From NCBI RefSeq assembly GCF_001457595.1, contig NZ_LN831039.1:5070001-5102000 (forward strand): a stretch of 32,000 bases of DNA, written 5' to 3'. Of the stretch, positions 6,380-14,298 are shown piece by piece. A model generated the notes under the pieces. That model did not search any database. It saw only the letters and a program-made list of their open reading frames with translations, and was not told the origin of the DNA. Source of the DNA: Mycolicibacterium smegmatis. Lineage in GTDB: Bacteria; Actinomycetota; Actinomycetes; Mycobacteriales; Mycobacteriaceae. The translations under genes were made by a program, and so were the position numbers. Position 1 is the stretch's first letter; each line of letters opens with the position of its first letter.

Positions 6380-7720
6380 ATGCCCACGACTGCCGGCGAG
6401 TGGTTCGTCCAGATCCTGATCTTCGTGCTGGTCGCCTACCCGATCGTGGGCGGCCTGGCGTTCATCGTGTCGAGCTTCTACTACCACGTGTTCATGGAGA
6501 AGCGCGAACTGCCGCGTCATCTCGAATACGGAACGCCGTTCGTCTCGATCTTCATTCCTGCGCACAACGAAGAAGCCTCGATCGCCGGCACGATCCACTA
6601 TCTGCAGAACCAGATCAACTATCCGCCCGATAAATTCGAGATTCTCGTCATCGACGATGCGTCGACCGACAAGACGCCGCAGATCCTGGCCGATCTGCAG
6701 GACCAATATCCGGACCTTCGTGTCGTCACGATCGTCAAGAACCGAGGCAAGGCGCACGGCCTGAACGTCGCCCTCGCGTTCGCCAAAGGCGACTTCATCC
6801 TGTCGAACGATGCCGACACCAAGCCGAACCCCGACGCGCTGTGGCAGTACATGAGCTACTTCGAACGCGCGGGCGGCCACAACGTCGGGGGTGTCACGGG
6901 AAACATGCTGGCCGCCAACCGCACCACCATCACCGCGCTGGCACAGGAGAACGAGTTGAACTCGATCATCGGCCTCATCAAGCGGTCGCAGATGTCCTAC
7001 GGGGCGCTGTTCGCGTTCTCCGGCGCCAACACGATGTACCGCAAGCAGGCCGTGCTCGACGTCGGCGGCTGGCACGCCGAACAACCGACCGAGGACATCG
7101 CCATCGCATGGGACATGCAGACCGCGGGCTGGCGCGCCCTCTTCGCACCCCATATCCGGTTTTTCCTGGACGTTCCGGAGCACCTCAGGTCACTGGTCAA
7201 GCAACGGCGTCGCTGGTCATCGGGCGGCATCTACGTGCTGCTGACCAAAGGCTGGCCGTTGATGAGGCACCCGCTGCGCAACTACCGGATGATGCCGGTG
7301 ATTCTCGATTACGGGTTCAGCATCGCCTGGAGCTTCCTGTACTGGGTCGCCATGGCGCTTTTCATCCTGAGCCAGGTTTACTTCGCCGGCACCCAGAACT
7401 GGGAACGCTTCGTCCACAACTGGTACATGGTCGGCATTTTCGTGGCGATGCAGATGGTCGTCGGTGTCGTCCAACTCACCGCGGCCTCGTACTACAACGA
7501 CGGCGGCAAGACCCTCAAGTACATCCTCTTCGCGCCCTTCTACATGCTCATCTATTGGATGGTGAACACCGGGACCGTCGTCTATGAGTTCATCCCGACC
7601 GTCCGCAAGATATGGGCACAGAAAGAGGGTGGTGTCTGGAAGTCACCCGACCGGTCGGCCAGCCTGCAGGAGATCGAGCAGGCGACCACAGATCACGGCA
7701 CGGAGACGGGGCGCCCGTGA
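6380..7720 (+). CDS. Processive family-2 glycosyltransferase, PgaC/IcaA-like (poly-beta-1,6-GlcNAc synthase-like)
   Basis: 446 aa with AGAGGG upstream of the ATG. GT2 synthase motifs occur in order: IPAHNEE, VIDDAS, SNDADT, TED and the QRRRW signature of the cellulose/chitin/PNAG synthase class. There is an N-terminal TM segment plus several C-terminal TM helices. Confidence 0.9.
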   Translation: MPTTAGEWFVQILIFVLVAYPIVGGLAFIVSSFYYHVFMEKRELPRHLEYGTPFVSIFIPAHNEEASIAGTIHYLQNQINYPPDKFEILVIDDASTDKTPQILADLQDQYPDLRVVTIVKNRGKAHGLNVALAFAKGDFILSNDADTKPNPDALWQYMSYFERAGGHNVGGVTGNMLAANRTTITALAQENELNSIIGLIKRSQMSYGALFAFSGANTMYRKQAVLDVGGWHAEQPTEDIAIAWDMQTAGWRALFAPHIRFFLDVPEHLRSLVKQRRRWSSGGIYVLLTKGWPLMRHPLRNYRMMPVILDYGFSIAWSFLYWVAMALFILSQVYFAGTQNWERFVHNWYMVGIFVAMQMVVGVVQLTAASYYNDGGKTLKYILFAPFYMLIYWMVNTGTVVYEFIPTVRKIWAQKEGGVWKSPDRSASLQEIEQATTDHGTETGRP

Positions 7721-8223
7721 CGGAGAAGCCGGCCTACGTCGTGCACGAGGTGCACGAGAAAGACGTCACCGTGGACTGGTTCTTCGGTGCTGCGCCGCTG
7801 TCCAGGAAAGTCGCGCAACTGATCTGCGTCGCGATCGGATGGTTCTTCGTCGTGCTTCCGGTGGTCATTCTGATTTCCGCTGTCACGCACCGGAACACCG
7901 AGGGCGGGTGGTGGAGCTATCACGAGGGTTTCGTGATGTTCGACCTGACGATCCGCTACCTGGGTTTTCTGTTCGTGGTTTTCGTGATCGGGTTCCTGGC
8001 ATTGCATCTGGTCAACCGATGGCAGAGTAGAGACCGCGATCGACGGATGACGTACGACCAGAAGCGTCTGGCTCAGCGCTTGGAGCTCTCCGACGACCTG
8101 TACACGAGCAAGTACGGCGCTGAACATCTTCGCCTGCAGCAGAAGACCATCCGGATCGAGCCGTACGGCGACTTCGAGACATACGAACTGCGTGATCGTT
8201 ACCGCACGTATGGAGTGGGCTGA
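7717..8223 (+). CDS. PgaD-like small two-TM membrane protein (putative synthase accessory subunit)
   Basis: The GTG start overlaps the synthase stop (GTGA at 7717-7720). Two TM helices (ICVAIGWFFVVLPVVILISAV and YLGFLFVVFVIGFLALHLV) are followed by a basic stretch and LAQRLELSDDLYTSK, which resembles E. coli PgaD LAIPDELYQQL. The start is chosen by coupling; the track ORF begins at 7612. Confidence 0.6.
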   Translation: MTEKPAYVVHEVHEKDVTVDWFFGAAPLSRKVAQLICVAIGWFFVVLPVVILISAVTHRNTEGGWWSYHEGFVMFDLTIRYLGFLFVVFVIGFLALHLVNRWQSRDRDRRMTYDQKRLAQRLELSDDLYTSKYGAEHLRLQQKTIRIEPYGDFETYELRDRYRTYGVG

Positions 8224-9176
8224 TGTCGTTGTCGACCGCAGACCGGCTGCTGATCGAGAGCATGAAGCAGCGGGAGTTCAACCTCAAGAAGAGGCAGCGC
8301 GCAGCCAACGCGATCTTCCACGAAACCCGGCGCTACCGCGTGCTTCTGGTGGCCACGTGGGCCGTGGTCGTGGCGGGCGTGATGACAGGCGTCTGCGTCG
8401 GTCTGGGAAACACTTTGCGGTACGTGTCCGACCCGTGGCGCATGTCACTTGTGGTTTTCGCCGTCGGTTCGGTGTTCGGCGCGCTGTCCGGGGCCGGCTG
8501 GGTGCGCACTCCGGCCGGGGAGAAGTTGCTCGCCAACAAGGAGCGCCGACTGCACCACAAGTACGGCGGCGATCTGCACGCCGGACGACGCTGGCAGCAG
8601 TTCTACCACCGCGGCGAGGACATCTCGGTCTACATCGGGCAGATCCTGTACGTCGTCGACAGCGAGCAGCGCTTCGAGTGCGTGGACGATGCGCTTGCGT
8701 TCGTCAAGGCGCACAGCGGCGAAATCGCCAGGTTCAGGCAGCGCGGACTCGAGATGTTCAACGCAGTCGTCACCGGGACCACCTTGCTCGTGGTGTCGAG
8801 CGTGAACGAAAGAGGCGAAGTATCAAGCCGTTTCATGCGCTTCGTCAAGACAGACCGGCCCGGTGTGTGGTTCGTCACCACATCGCCGGATTCACCGAAG
8901 GTGCGTGAATTCGACAGCGGCGCTGTCGCATTGATCACCGTGCCGAATGCCGACGGTGCGACGATCAGCAGCAATCGTGTCCGAATTGCACGGTCCGGTC
9001 TGCCCTTTGGCGCAATCGCCGGGCTGTACCGAGATCAGGTGCCCGAATACCTCGACGGCATGACCGAACAGGACCAGCGTCGCGAACTGGTCTACGAATT
9101 GACACTCGAATCGGCGAAGATCGACACCTGGGTCGATCACGAACTGGTCGTATTCAACGGATCAGACAGCGTCTGA
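8223..9176 (+). CDS. Orphan two-TM membrane protein, 317 aa; third gene of the synthase operon
   Basis: The ATG overlaps the upstream stop (TGATG at 8221-8225). TM helices are VLLVATWAVVVAGVMTGVCVGLG and SLVVFAVGSVFGALSGAGWV, followed by a roughly 220-aa soluble C-terminal domain. No deacetylase (NodB-type) or other motif recognised. Confidence 0.7.
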   Translation: MSLSTADRLLIESMKQREFNLKKRQRAANAIFHETRRYRVLLVATWAVVVAGVMTGVCVGLGNTLRYVSDPWRMSLVVFAVGSVFGALSGAGWVRTPAGEKLLANKERRLHHKYGGDLHAGRRWQQFYHRGEDISVYIGQILYVVDSEQRFECVDDALAFVKAHSGEIARFRQRGLEMFNAVVTGTTLLVVSSVNERGEVSSRFMRFVKTDRPGVWFVTTSPDSPKVREFDSGAVALITVPNADGATISSNRVRIARSGLPFGAIAGLYRDQVPEYLDGMTEQDQRRELVYELTLESAKIDTWVDHELVVFNGSDSV

Positions 9177-9191
9177 CCTGCACGCAACAGA

Positions 9192-9437
9192 TCAGTGCGG
9201 TACCGCGAAACCCTCAGGCGTGGTCCACGTGAACGGCGGCTTGGCTACCGACGTTTCCGGCGCTGTAGGCGCAGTCGACTGCGTGACGGTGGCGCCCGTC
9301 TGCATGGGCCCCATCGCGTAATCCGGCCCGCTGACGGGCGAATAGCTTGACATCAAACTCAACGCGGCCATCGCGACGACTGCTGCCAGGCCGACAATGC
9401 CTGACACGATCTTGAAGCGCGCCTTGGGAATTCGCAC
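9192..9437 (-). CDS. Small membrane-anchored Pro/Thr-rich protein (about 81 aa); start uncertain
   Basis: The C-terminal part of track ORF 9192-9746 looks coding: a basic N-terminus (VRIPKARFK) and the TM segment IVSGIVGLAAVVAMAALSLM. The upstream 100 codons look non-coding. A GTG at 9437 is taken as the start. Confidence 0.4.
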   Translation of the reverse strand: MRIPKARFKIVSGIVGLAAVVAMAALSLMSSYSPVSGPDYAMGPMQTGATVTQSTAPTAPETSVAKPPFTWTTPEGFAVPH

Positions 9438-9736
9438 CTTCCGGGCTATATGAGAAATTCGCGTCTGTGAGTACACCTCTGACCACTCCACTCGGTCTCG
9501 GGTCGACCGCCCCCTGTGAGCGACGCCGCTTTGTGTAAGGCATCCGGTGCCGGTTTTATTCCGCGTGCAACGAGACGAAGACCACAGTCGGCAAACACCT
9601 GGCGCAAACGGTCCCACGTGCGGCATATCAGCGAACTCACGAATCATGATCAGGTAGTTCACAACTGGGGAGGTAAGACGAGCCACCCAAGGCGTCGCGA
9701 AGAACAGACACCCCGAAAGAAAATGGAGCTTCGCGT

Positions 9737-10996
9737 ATGACCTCAAGCCGGCAGGACCACACCGCCACCGAAACTGCCACGCTCGTACGCCCCGTCGATG
9801 CGCTCGAGCGCCTGTTCTACCGCTACAGCGACCGAAACCCGGTGCATTTCATGCTGGTTGCCGAGTTCGACGACGTCCTCGACGAAGATGCGGTGCGATC
9901 GGCACTGGAACTCCTCAGCAGACGTCATCCGCTGCTGCAGGTGCACGTCGAGGACCGGCAAGGCGGCCGCCTCGGGTTTCATCGCATCGAGAATCCCGAA
10001 CCGGTACCGCTGCGCGTGGTCGAGACCACAAATTGGCAGGCGGTGGCCGCCGAGGAGTTCGTCGAACCCTTCGACCGGTCACGGGCACCGCTGATGCGCG
10101 CGGTTCTGCTCGTCGACGCCACGTCATCGGCACTACTGCTCACCATCGACCACACCATCGGCGACGGTATCTCGACAATCCAGGCCCTTCGTGACGTCCT
10201 TGCTGTACTCAACGGCGAGACGCTGCCGGTTCTTCCCGTGCCGCCCTCGCAAGAAGTGATGCTGGAGAACGTGTTCGGCCCGAGGCAGCAGTGGACGCTC
10301 GTCACGCCGCCGGATCCGGACCCGCGCATGCTCAGGCCCACGTCGGTGCGCGAGTTCGACAGAACCCCGACCACCATCCACAGCTTGGCGATACCGGCCC
10401 ACGACACGGCGGCCCTACTGCGCCGGTGCCGCGCCGAGCGCACCACGGTGCACGCGGCGATCGTCACCGCGGCCTCGCGCGTACGCAACCGGTGGGGTGG
10501 CGAAGACTTCGTACGCGTGCTGAGCCCCATCAACTTCAGGTCACTGATCCGGGCCGACGACGAGGTCGCGCCGTACTTCAGCTGCGTCATCACCGGTATG
10601 GCGCCACAAGACGGCGCGTCGTTCTGGGATCAGGCGCGCAACGTGACCGCGGATCTGGCCGCGGCCCGCTCGGCGCCCAGAACCCTGGCTGCCTCGGCAG
10701 GGGTTCAACAGCTCATCGGCGTCGATGCCGACACCGCAACCGCCGAGGAGGTGTTCACCAGGGCCATACCGTTCGACCTGTTGATCACGAACCTGGGCAT
10801 CCAGGACCTCGAGGGGACGGGTCCGCTGCGGCCGACGGCGGTGTGGGCCCCGGTGCTCGAAAGCCAGATCGCCGGCAACGTCGTCATCGGGATCACCACC
10901 TACGCGGGAGTCCTGCGCATGGTGGCGTGTGGGTACGCACCCGTGCAGGAGTTCCTCGAACCCGTCGCGCAAACCCTGGTCGACGAATCAGCGTGA
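9737..10996 (+). CDS. Condensation-domain acyltransferase, PapA5-like (HHxxxDG superfamily)
   Basis: 419 aa with GGAG upstream of the ATG. The active-site-like motif is LLLTIDHTIGDGIS, a variant of HHxxxDG. The N-terminal LERLFYRY...VLDEDAVRSALELLSRRHPLLQVHVE parallels PapA5 SEEVFAQY...DALSDAFDALLETHPVLASHLE, and the length is similar to PapA5. Confidence 0.75.
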   Translation: MTSSRQDHTATETATLVRPVDALERLFYRYSDRNPVHFMLVAEFDDVLDEDAVRSALELLSRRHPLLQVHVEDRQGGRLGFHRIENPEPVPLRVVETTNWQAVAAEEFVEPFDRSRAPLMRAVLLVDATSSALLLTIDHTIGDGISTIQALRDVLAVLNGETLPVLPVPPSQEVMLENVFGPRQQWTLVTPPDPDPRMLRPTSVREFDRTPTTIHSLAIPAHDTAALLRRCRAERTTVHAAIVTAASRVRNRWGGEDFVRVLSPINFRSLIRADDEVAPYFSCVITGMAPQDGASFWDQARNVTADLAAARSAPRTLAASAGVQQLIGVDADTATAEEVFTRAIPFDLLITNLGIQDLEGTGPLRPTAVWAPVLESQIAGNVVIGITTYAGVLRMVACGYAPVQEFLEPVAQTLVDESA

Positions 10997-12214
10997 GCGC
11001 CGCGCGAAATCAGGTGCATGTTCGGGCAGCGGTCCCACCCCCACCAGATAGGCCGGGACCTTCGCCAGGCCCGGGAACCGGCTGAGCACCGCGCCCACGG
11101 CCTTCAGCACGCGCTCGGGCGGCTGTCTGATCTCGCCGCCGAGCAGCGCCCGCCGCAGACCGATGTGCAGCACCCGCTGGACCGCCTGGATAACCGCGGC
11201 AGGCACGTACCGGCGCTTCTCGACAGCGGCCAGGTCGCGCCGGGTGACCCGGCCGGTGCGCAGCGGTTCGGCGAGGATGCGCGCAGCGGCGACCGCGTCG
11301 GCGATCGCGAGGTTGATGCCGACGCCGCCGACCGGGGACATCGCGTGTGCGGCGTCGCCGATGCACAGCAACCCGTCGCGGTACCAGCGGCGCAACCGGT
11401 TGAGCTTGACGTCCAGCACCTTGACGTCGGCCCACGACGTCAGCCGGTCGACCGAGGCCTCGGGCACCGCTTCGGCGACCTGCGCACGGAACACCTCGAG
11501 CCCGCGTGCGTGCAACTGCTTCTCGCCGCCCTTGGGCAGGAAGCAGCCGGCCTGGAAGTAGCCCTCACGCGGAATGAGGATGAGCGCCTGCCCGGACGAG
11601 ATCCGCGGTGTCAGTTGGTAGGCGGTCTCCTTGATGCGGTCGATGCGGAACCAGCCCACGTCGAAGGGGACGGGGTACTCCCGCGGCGCCAGCCCGGCCT
11701 CTTTGCGCACGCGTGACGTGCGTCCGTCGCACGCGACGGTGAGATCGGCGCGCAACTCCCCCGGCCCGTCGGGGGCGTGGTAGCGGACGCCGGTGACGGT
11801 GTCGCCGTCTTTGAGCAGCCCCGTGACCTCGGTCTGCATGCGCAGGGTGAACGTGGGTTCCTCCTTGGCCGCATCGGCGAGCAGATCGAGGAAATCCCAT
11901 TGCGGCACAAGGGCGATGTAGCGGTGCGGCAGGTTCAGCCTGCCGAAGTCGACGACCGTGACCTCGCGGCCACCGAGGTCGAACCGCGCCCGTTCGACGC
12001 GGCTGTGCTGCAGCGCGTCGAACTTCTCGAACAGGCCCAGTTCGTCGAGCAGGCGCAGGGTCGCCGGATGCACGGTGTCCCCGCGGAAGTCGCGCAGGAA
12101 GTCGGCGTGCTTCTCGAACACCGTGACCTCGATCCCCGCGCGGGCCAGCAGCAGGCCCAGCACCATGCCTGCGGGACCGCCTCCGACGACGGCGCATGTG
12201 GTCTTCTCGGTCAT
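10988..12214 (-). CDS. FAD-dependent monooxygenase (UbiH/aromatic-ring hydroxylase class)
   Basis: The real start is MTEKTTCAVVGGGPAGMVLG (GxGxxG dinucleotide fold). The motif GDAAHAMSPVGGVGINLAIADAV is present. The 71-codon N-terminal extension in the track is Arg-rich and rejected. A GTG at 12220 is an alternative start. Confidence 0.9.
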   Translation of the reverse strand: MTEKTTCAVVGGGPAGMVLGLLLARAGIEVTVFEKHADFLRDFRGDTVHPATLRLLDELGLFEKFDALQHSRVERARFDLGGREVTVVDFGRLNLPHRYIALVPQWDFLDLLADAAKEEPTFTLRMQTEVTGLLKDGDTVTGVRYHAPDGPGELRADLTVACDGRTSRVRKEAGLAPREYPVPFDVGWFRIDRIKETAYQLTPRISSGQALILIPREGYFQAGCFLPKGGEKQLHARGLEVFRAQVAEAVPEASVDRLTSWADVKVLDVKLNRLRRWYRDGLLCIGDAAHAMSPVGGVGINLAIADAVAAARILAEPLRTGRVTRRDLAAVEKRRYVPAAVIQAVQRVLHIGLRRALLGGEIRQPPERVLKAVGAVLSRFPGLAKVPAYLVGVGPLPEHAPDFARRSR

Positions 12215-12216
12215 CG

Positions 12217-13011
12217 TCACTCGCTTTCTCCCGTGGTGACGGCGCGCACGAAGGTATCGGCGAACACGTCGCAGGCGCTGTCGATGTCGGGTAGGCCCAC
12301 GAAGGCCAGGTTCGCGCTGGTCGGGCGCACGAACAGGTGCATCAGCATCGGCGCCATCAACTGCTGTGCCAGCAACAGGACAGGTAGATCTCGCACGCGT
12401 CCGGCCGCAACCTCGCCGGTGAGCCACTCGGCGAGCAGTCCGAGCATCCGTGGCGCACCGTGACCGACGACGGCCTGCACAGCGGGGCTGTGCGGCCGCG
12501 CCAAGGCCTCGGCGAAGATGGCCGGCACCACCCGCGGTGGGCGGTCCAGCGCCCGCGTGAGCATGCCGTAGAACGCCCGCACGGTGTCGCGCAGGTCGCC
12601 GTGGCGCTGCGACAGGAACGCCTCGACATCGCGGACCGGGCTGTACTGCTCGAAAACCTCGCGCAGCAGACCGTCACGTGTGCCGAAGACCGCGTGGAGG
12701 CTGGGCACGGAGCATTCGGCCCTGTCGGCGATCGCCTCCAATGTGACAGCACCCAAACCGATCTCGCCGATCAGCTCGGCTGCCGCGCCGACCGCGCGCA
12801 CCCGCACCGGGGGCAGGCCGCCTGGATCGGTGCCGCGCGCGCGTACGGCCTGGTCGAGGGCCGAGCGGGAGCCCCCCAGGCGGCGCAGCAGCGTGCTTCG
12901 CGACATTCCCGCATGACGCGCGATCACTTCGGCAGGCACGTCGGCGACCCCCCTGCCCAGCTCCGCCGCGGCGCGCAGTGCCGCATCGACGAGTTCTTCG
13001 GGGACCGCCAC
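12217..13011 (-). CDS. TetR-family transcriptional regulator
   Basis: The N-terminal HTH reads VIARHAGMSRSTLLRRLG. A GTG start at 13011 is preferred because GGGAGG lies 8 nt upstream and the 13039-13053 palindrome then falls outside the coding region. Its stop is adjacent to or overlaps the monooxygenase start. Confidence 0.85.
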   Translation of the reverse strand: MAVPEELVDAALRAAAELGRGVADVPAEVIARHAGMSRSTLLRRLGGSRSALDQAVRARGTDPGGLPPVRVRAVGAAAELIGEIGLGAVTLEAIADRAECSVPSLHAVFGTRDGLLREVFEQYSPVRDVEAFLSQRHGDLRDTVRAFYGMLTRALDRPPRVVPAIFAEALARPHSPAVQAVVGHGAPRMLGLLAEWLTGEVAAGRVRDLPVLLLAQQLMAPMLMHLFVRPTSANLAFVGLPDIDSACDVFADTFVRAVTTGESE

Positions 13012-13038
13012 CGCGATCACCTCCCGTCGAATCAGCGT

Positions 13039-13053
13039 TATAGGAATCCTATA
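13039..13053. promoter_or_regulatory. Candidate TetR operator: perfect palindrome TATAGGA-a-TCCTATA
   Basis: AT-rich 15-bp palindrome lying 28 nt upstream of the preferred TetR start codon, in otherwise GC-rich DNA. Confidence 0.4.
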
Positions 13054-13129
13054 CCCGTGTGTCAACAGCGGCGAAAAAACGAGCGTGCGCGAAATCCACG
13101 CCCGCTCGTTCCTGCCGAACAGCCAGAAC

Positions 13130-13531
13130 TCAGCCGAGGCCCAGTTTCTTGGCTGCTTTGGTCAAACCCCCCAGACCGGCCCACTTCGCCGCGGTCTCAA
13201 GCGGGAACGTTGCCCACTTCTGGGCGGTGTCACCCGGGAAGTTCGCCCACTTCTCGGCGGTGTCGCCCGGGAAGTCGACCCACTTCTGGGCGGTGCCGCC
13301 GGGGAGGTTGGCCAGCTTGTCCGCGACGGTCTCCCTCGAATCCGAATCGCCGAGGACGGGCACGGGCGCGGCGGACGACGACGTCTTGCCCGGGCCCGTC
13401 GAGGACACCCGGTTGCACGGCGAGCATCCGACGGAGCTCTGGGAATCGGCGGCTGCCGGCGCGGCCAGCGCGACACCGGCACAGAGCGCCCCCGCGGCGA
13501 CCGTCGCGGCGATCAGTTTGTTCTGCATCAT
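13130..13531 (-). CDS. Secreted repeat protein, 133 aa; paralogue of the 5715-6143 protein (KW..FPGD 11-mers)
   Basis: Starts at MMQNKLIAATVAAGALCAGVALAAPAAA, a signal peptide nearly colinear with that of the paralogue. Repeats read TAQKWVDFPGD TAEKWANFPGD TAQKWATFPLE TAAKWAG. The upstream 166 codons of track ORF 13130-14029 are Arg/Gly/Pro-rich and rejected. Confidence 0.8.
   Translation of the reverse strand: MMQNKLIAATVAAGALCAGVALAAPAAADSQSSVGCSPCNRVSSTGPGKTSSSAAPVPVLGDSDSRETVADKLANLPGGTAQKWVDFPGDTAEKWANFPGDTAQKWATFPLETAAKWAGLGGLTKAAKKLGLG
13178..13310 (-). repeat. In-frame 33-bp tandem repeat (about 4 units) encoding the KW..FPGD 11-mers
   Basis: Trp codons (cca on the + strand) recur at 13181, 13214, 13247 and 13280, an exact 33-nt period. 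Confidence 0.85.
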
Positions 13532-13617
13532 GGGTCCCCCAACCGTTCTGATCCTGCTGTTGCAGTACACCCGAACGTTAGCTTTCCTCCGGCGCTCATG
13601 CACCGCGAACCGGGAGC

Positions 13618-14298
13618 TCAGTACGCGTCGTGCAGGCGCATCCACTCGTACGGCGGGCGCTGCGGCCAACCCTGCGGCGAGTCCTCCCAGGTCTCCTGAC
13701 GGCCGTACGGCGTGAGGTCCAGCAGGTCGAACACCACCATGAAGGGTTCCTCGCCGCGCCGGTAGGTCGAATACGTGTGGAACACCCGCTGCCCGTCGCG
13801 CAGGAACACGCTGATCCCGTGGTGCTCCTCGTCGTCGACCGTGACGTGGAAGTCCTCGTTGAACGTCGTCGCACCCGACGACACCCACGGCAGGTCCCAG
13901 CCCATGCGGTCTCGGAACGCGAGCAGCGCCCCCACAGGCGCGCGGGACACCAACGCGAACGACGTGTCCTTGGCGTGCAGGTGTGACAGCGGCCCGACGT
14001 GATCGGCCATCATCGAGCAGCCGACACAACCCTCGGCCCAGTCGGGGTGGAACATGAAGTGCTGCACGATGAGCTGGCGCCTGCCGTCGAACAGGTCGAG
14101 CAGTGACACCGGCCCGGTCTCGGTGTCGAAAACGTAGTCGCCCGCGGCTTTTTCGGTGATGTCCACCATGGGCATCCGACGGCGTGCGGCGCTGACGGCA
14201 TCCTTGAGGCGGGTCAGCTCCTTTTCACGGACGAGCAACTCGGCGCGTCGCGCCTCCCATTCGGCGCGCGAGACGATCGGTGGCAGCCCTGAGGTCAT
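13618..14298 (-). CDS. DUF899 thioredoxin-like family protein
   Basis: The 226-aa product starts MTSGLPPIVSRAEWEARRAELLVREKELTRLKDAVSAARRRMPMV. It continues ...LLDLFDGRRQLIVQHFMFHPDWAEGCVGCS...MGWDLPWVSS, a pattern characteristic of DUF899 proteins. The ATG overlaps the upstream stop (ATGA at 14295-14298). Confidence 0.85.
   Translation of the reverse strand: MTSGLPPIVSRAEWEARRAELLVREKELTRLKDAVSAARRRMPMVDITEKAAGDYVFDTETGPVSLLDLFDGRRQLIVQHFMFHPDWAEGCVGCSMMADHVGPLSHLHAKDTSFALVSRAPVGALLAFRDRMGWDLPWVSSGATTFNEDFHVTVDDEEHHGISVFLRDGQRVFHTYSTYRRGEEPFMVVFDLLDLTPYGRQETWEDSPQGWPQRPPYEWMRLHDAY

Noticed and set aside
5688-6633. Long ORFs overlapping the repeat-protein gene (5688-6155 minus, 5873-6151 minus, 5923-6162 minus, 5758-6633 plus)
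   Set aside because: These are shadow ORFs created by the in-frame 33-bp repeats and the GGC-rich tail. Their products are poly-Pro/Arg/Ala strings. The 5715-6143 frame has a signal peptide, an RBS and a paralogue.
5715-13531. Composite transposon bounded by the inverted paralogues
   Set aside because: No transposase or IS-type terminal repeats are seen. The flanking elements are ordinary secreted-protein genes, so only recombination-mediated inversion is considered.
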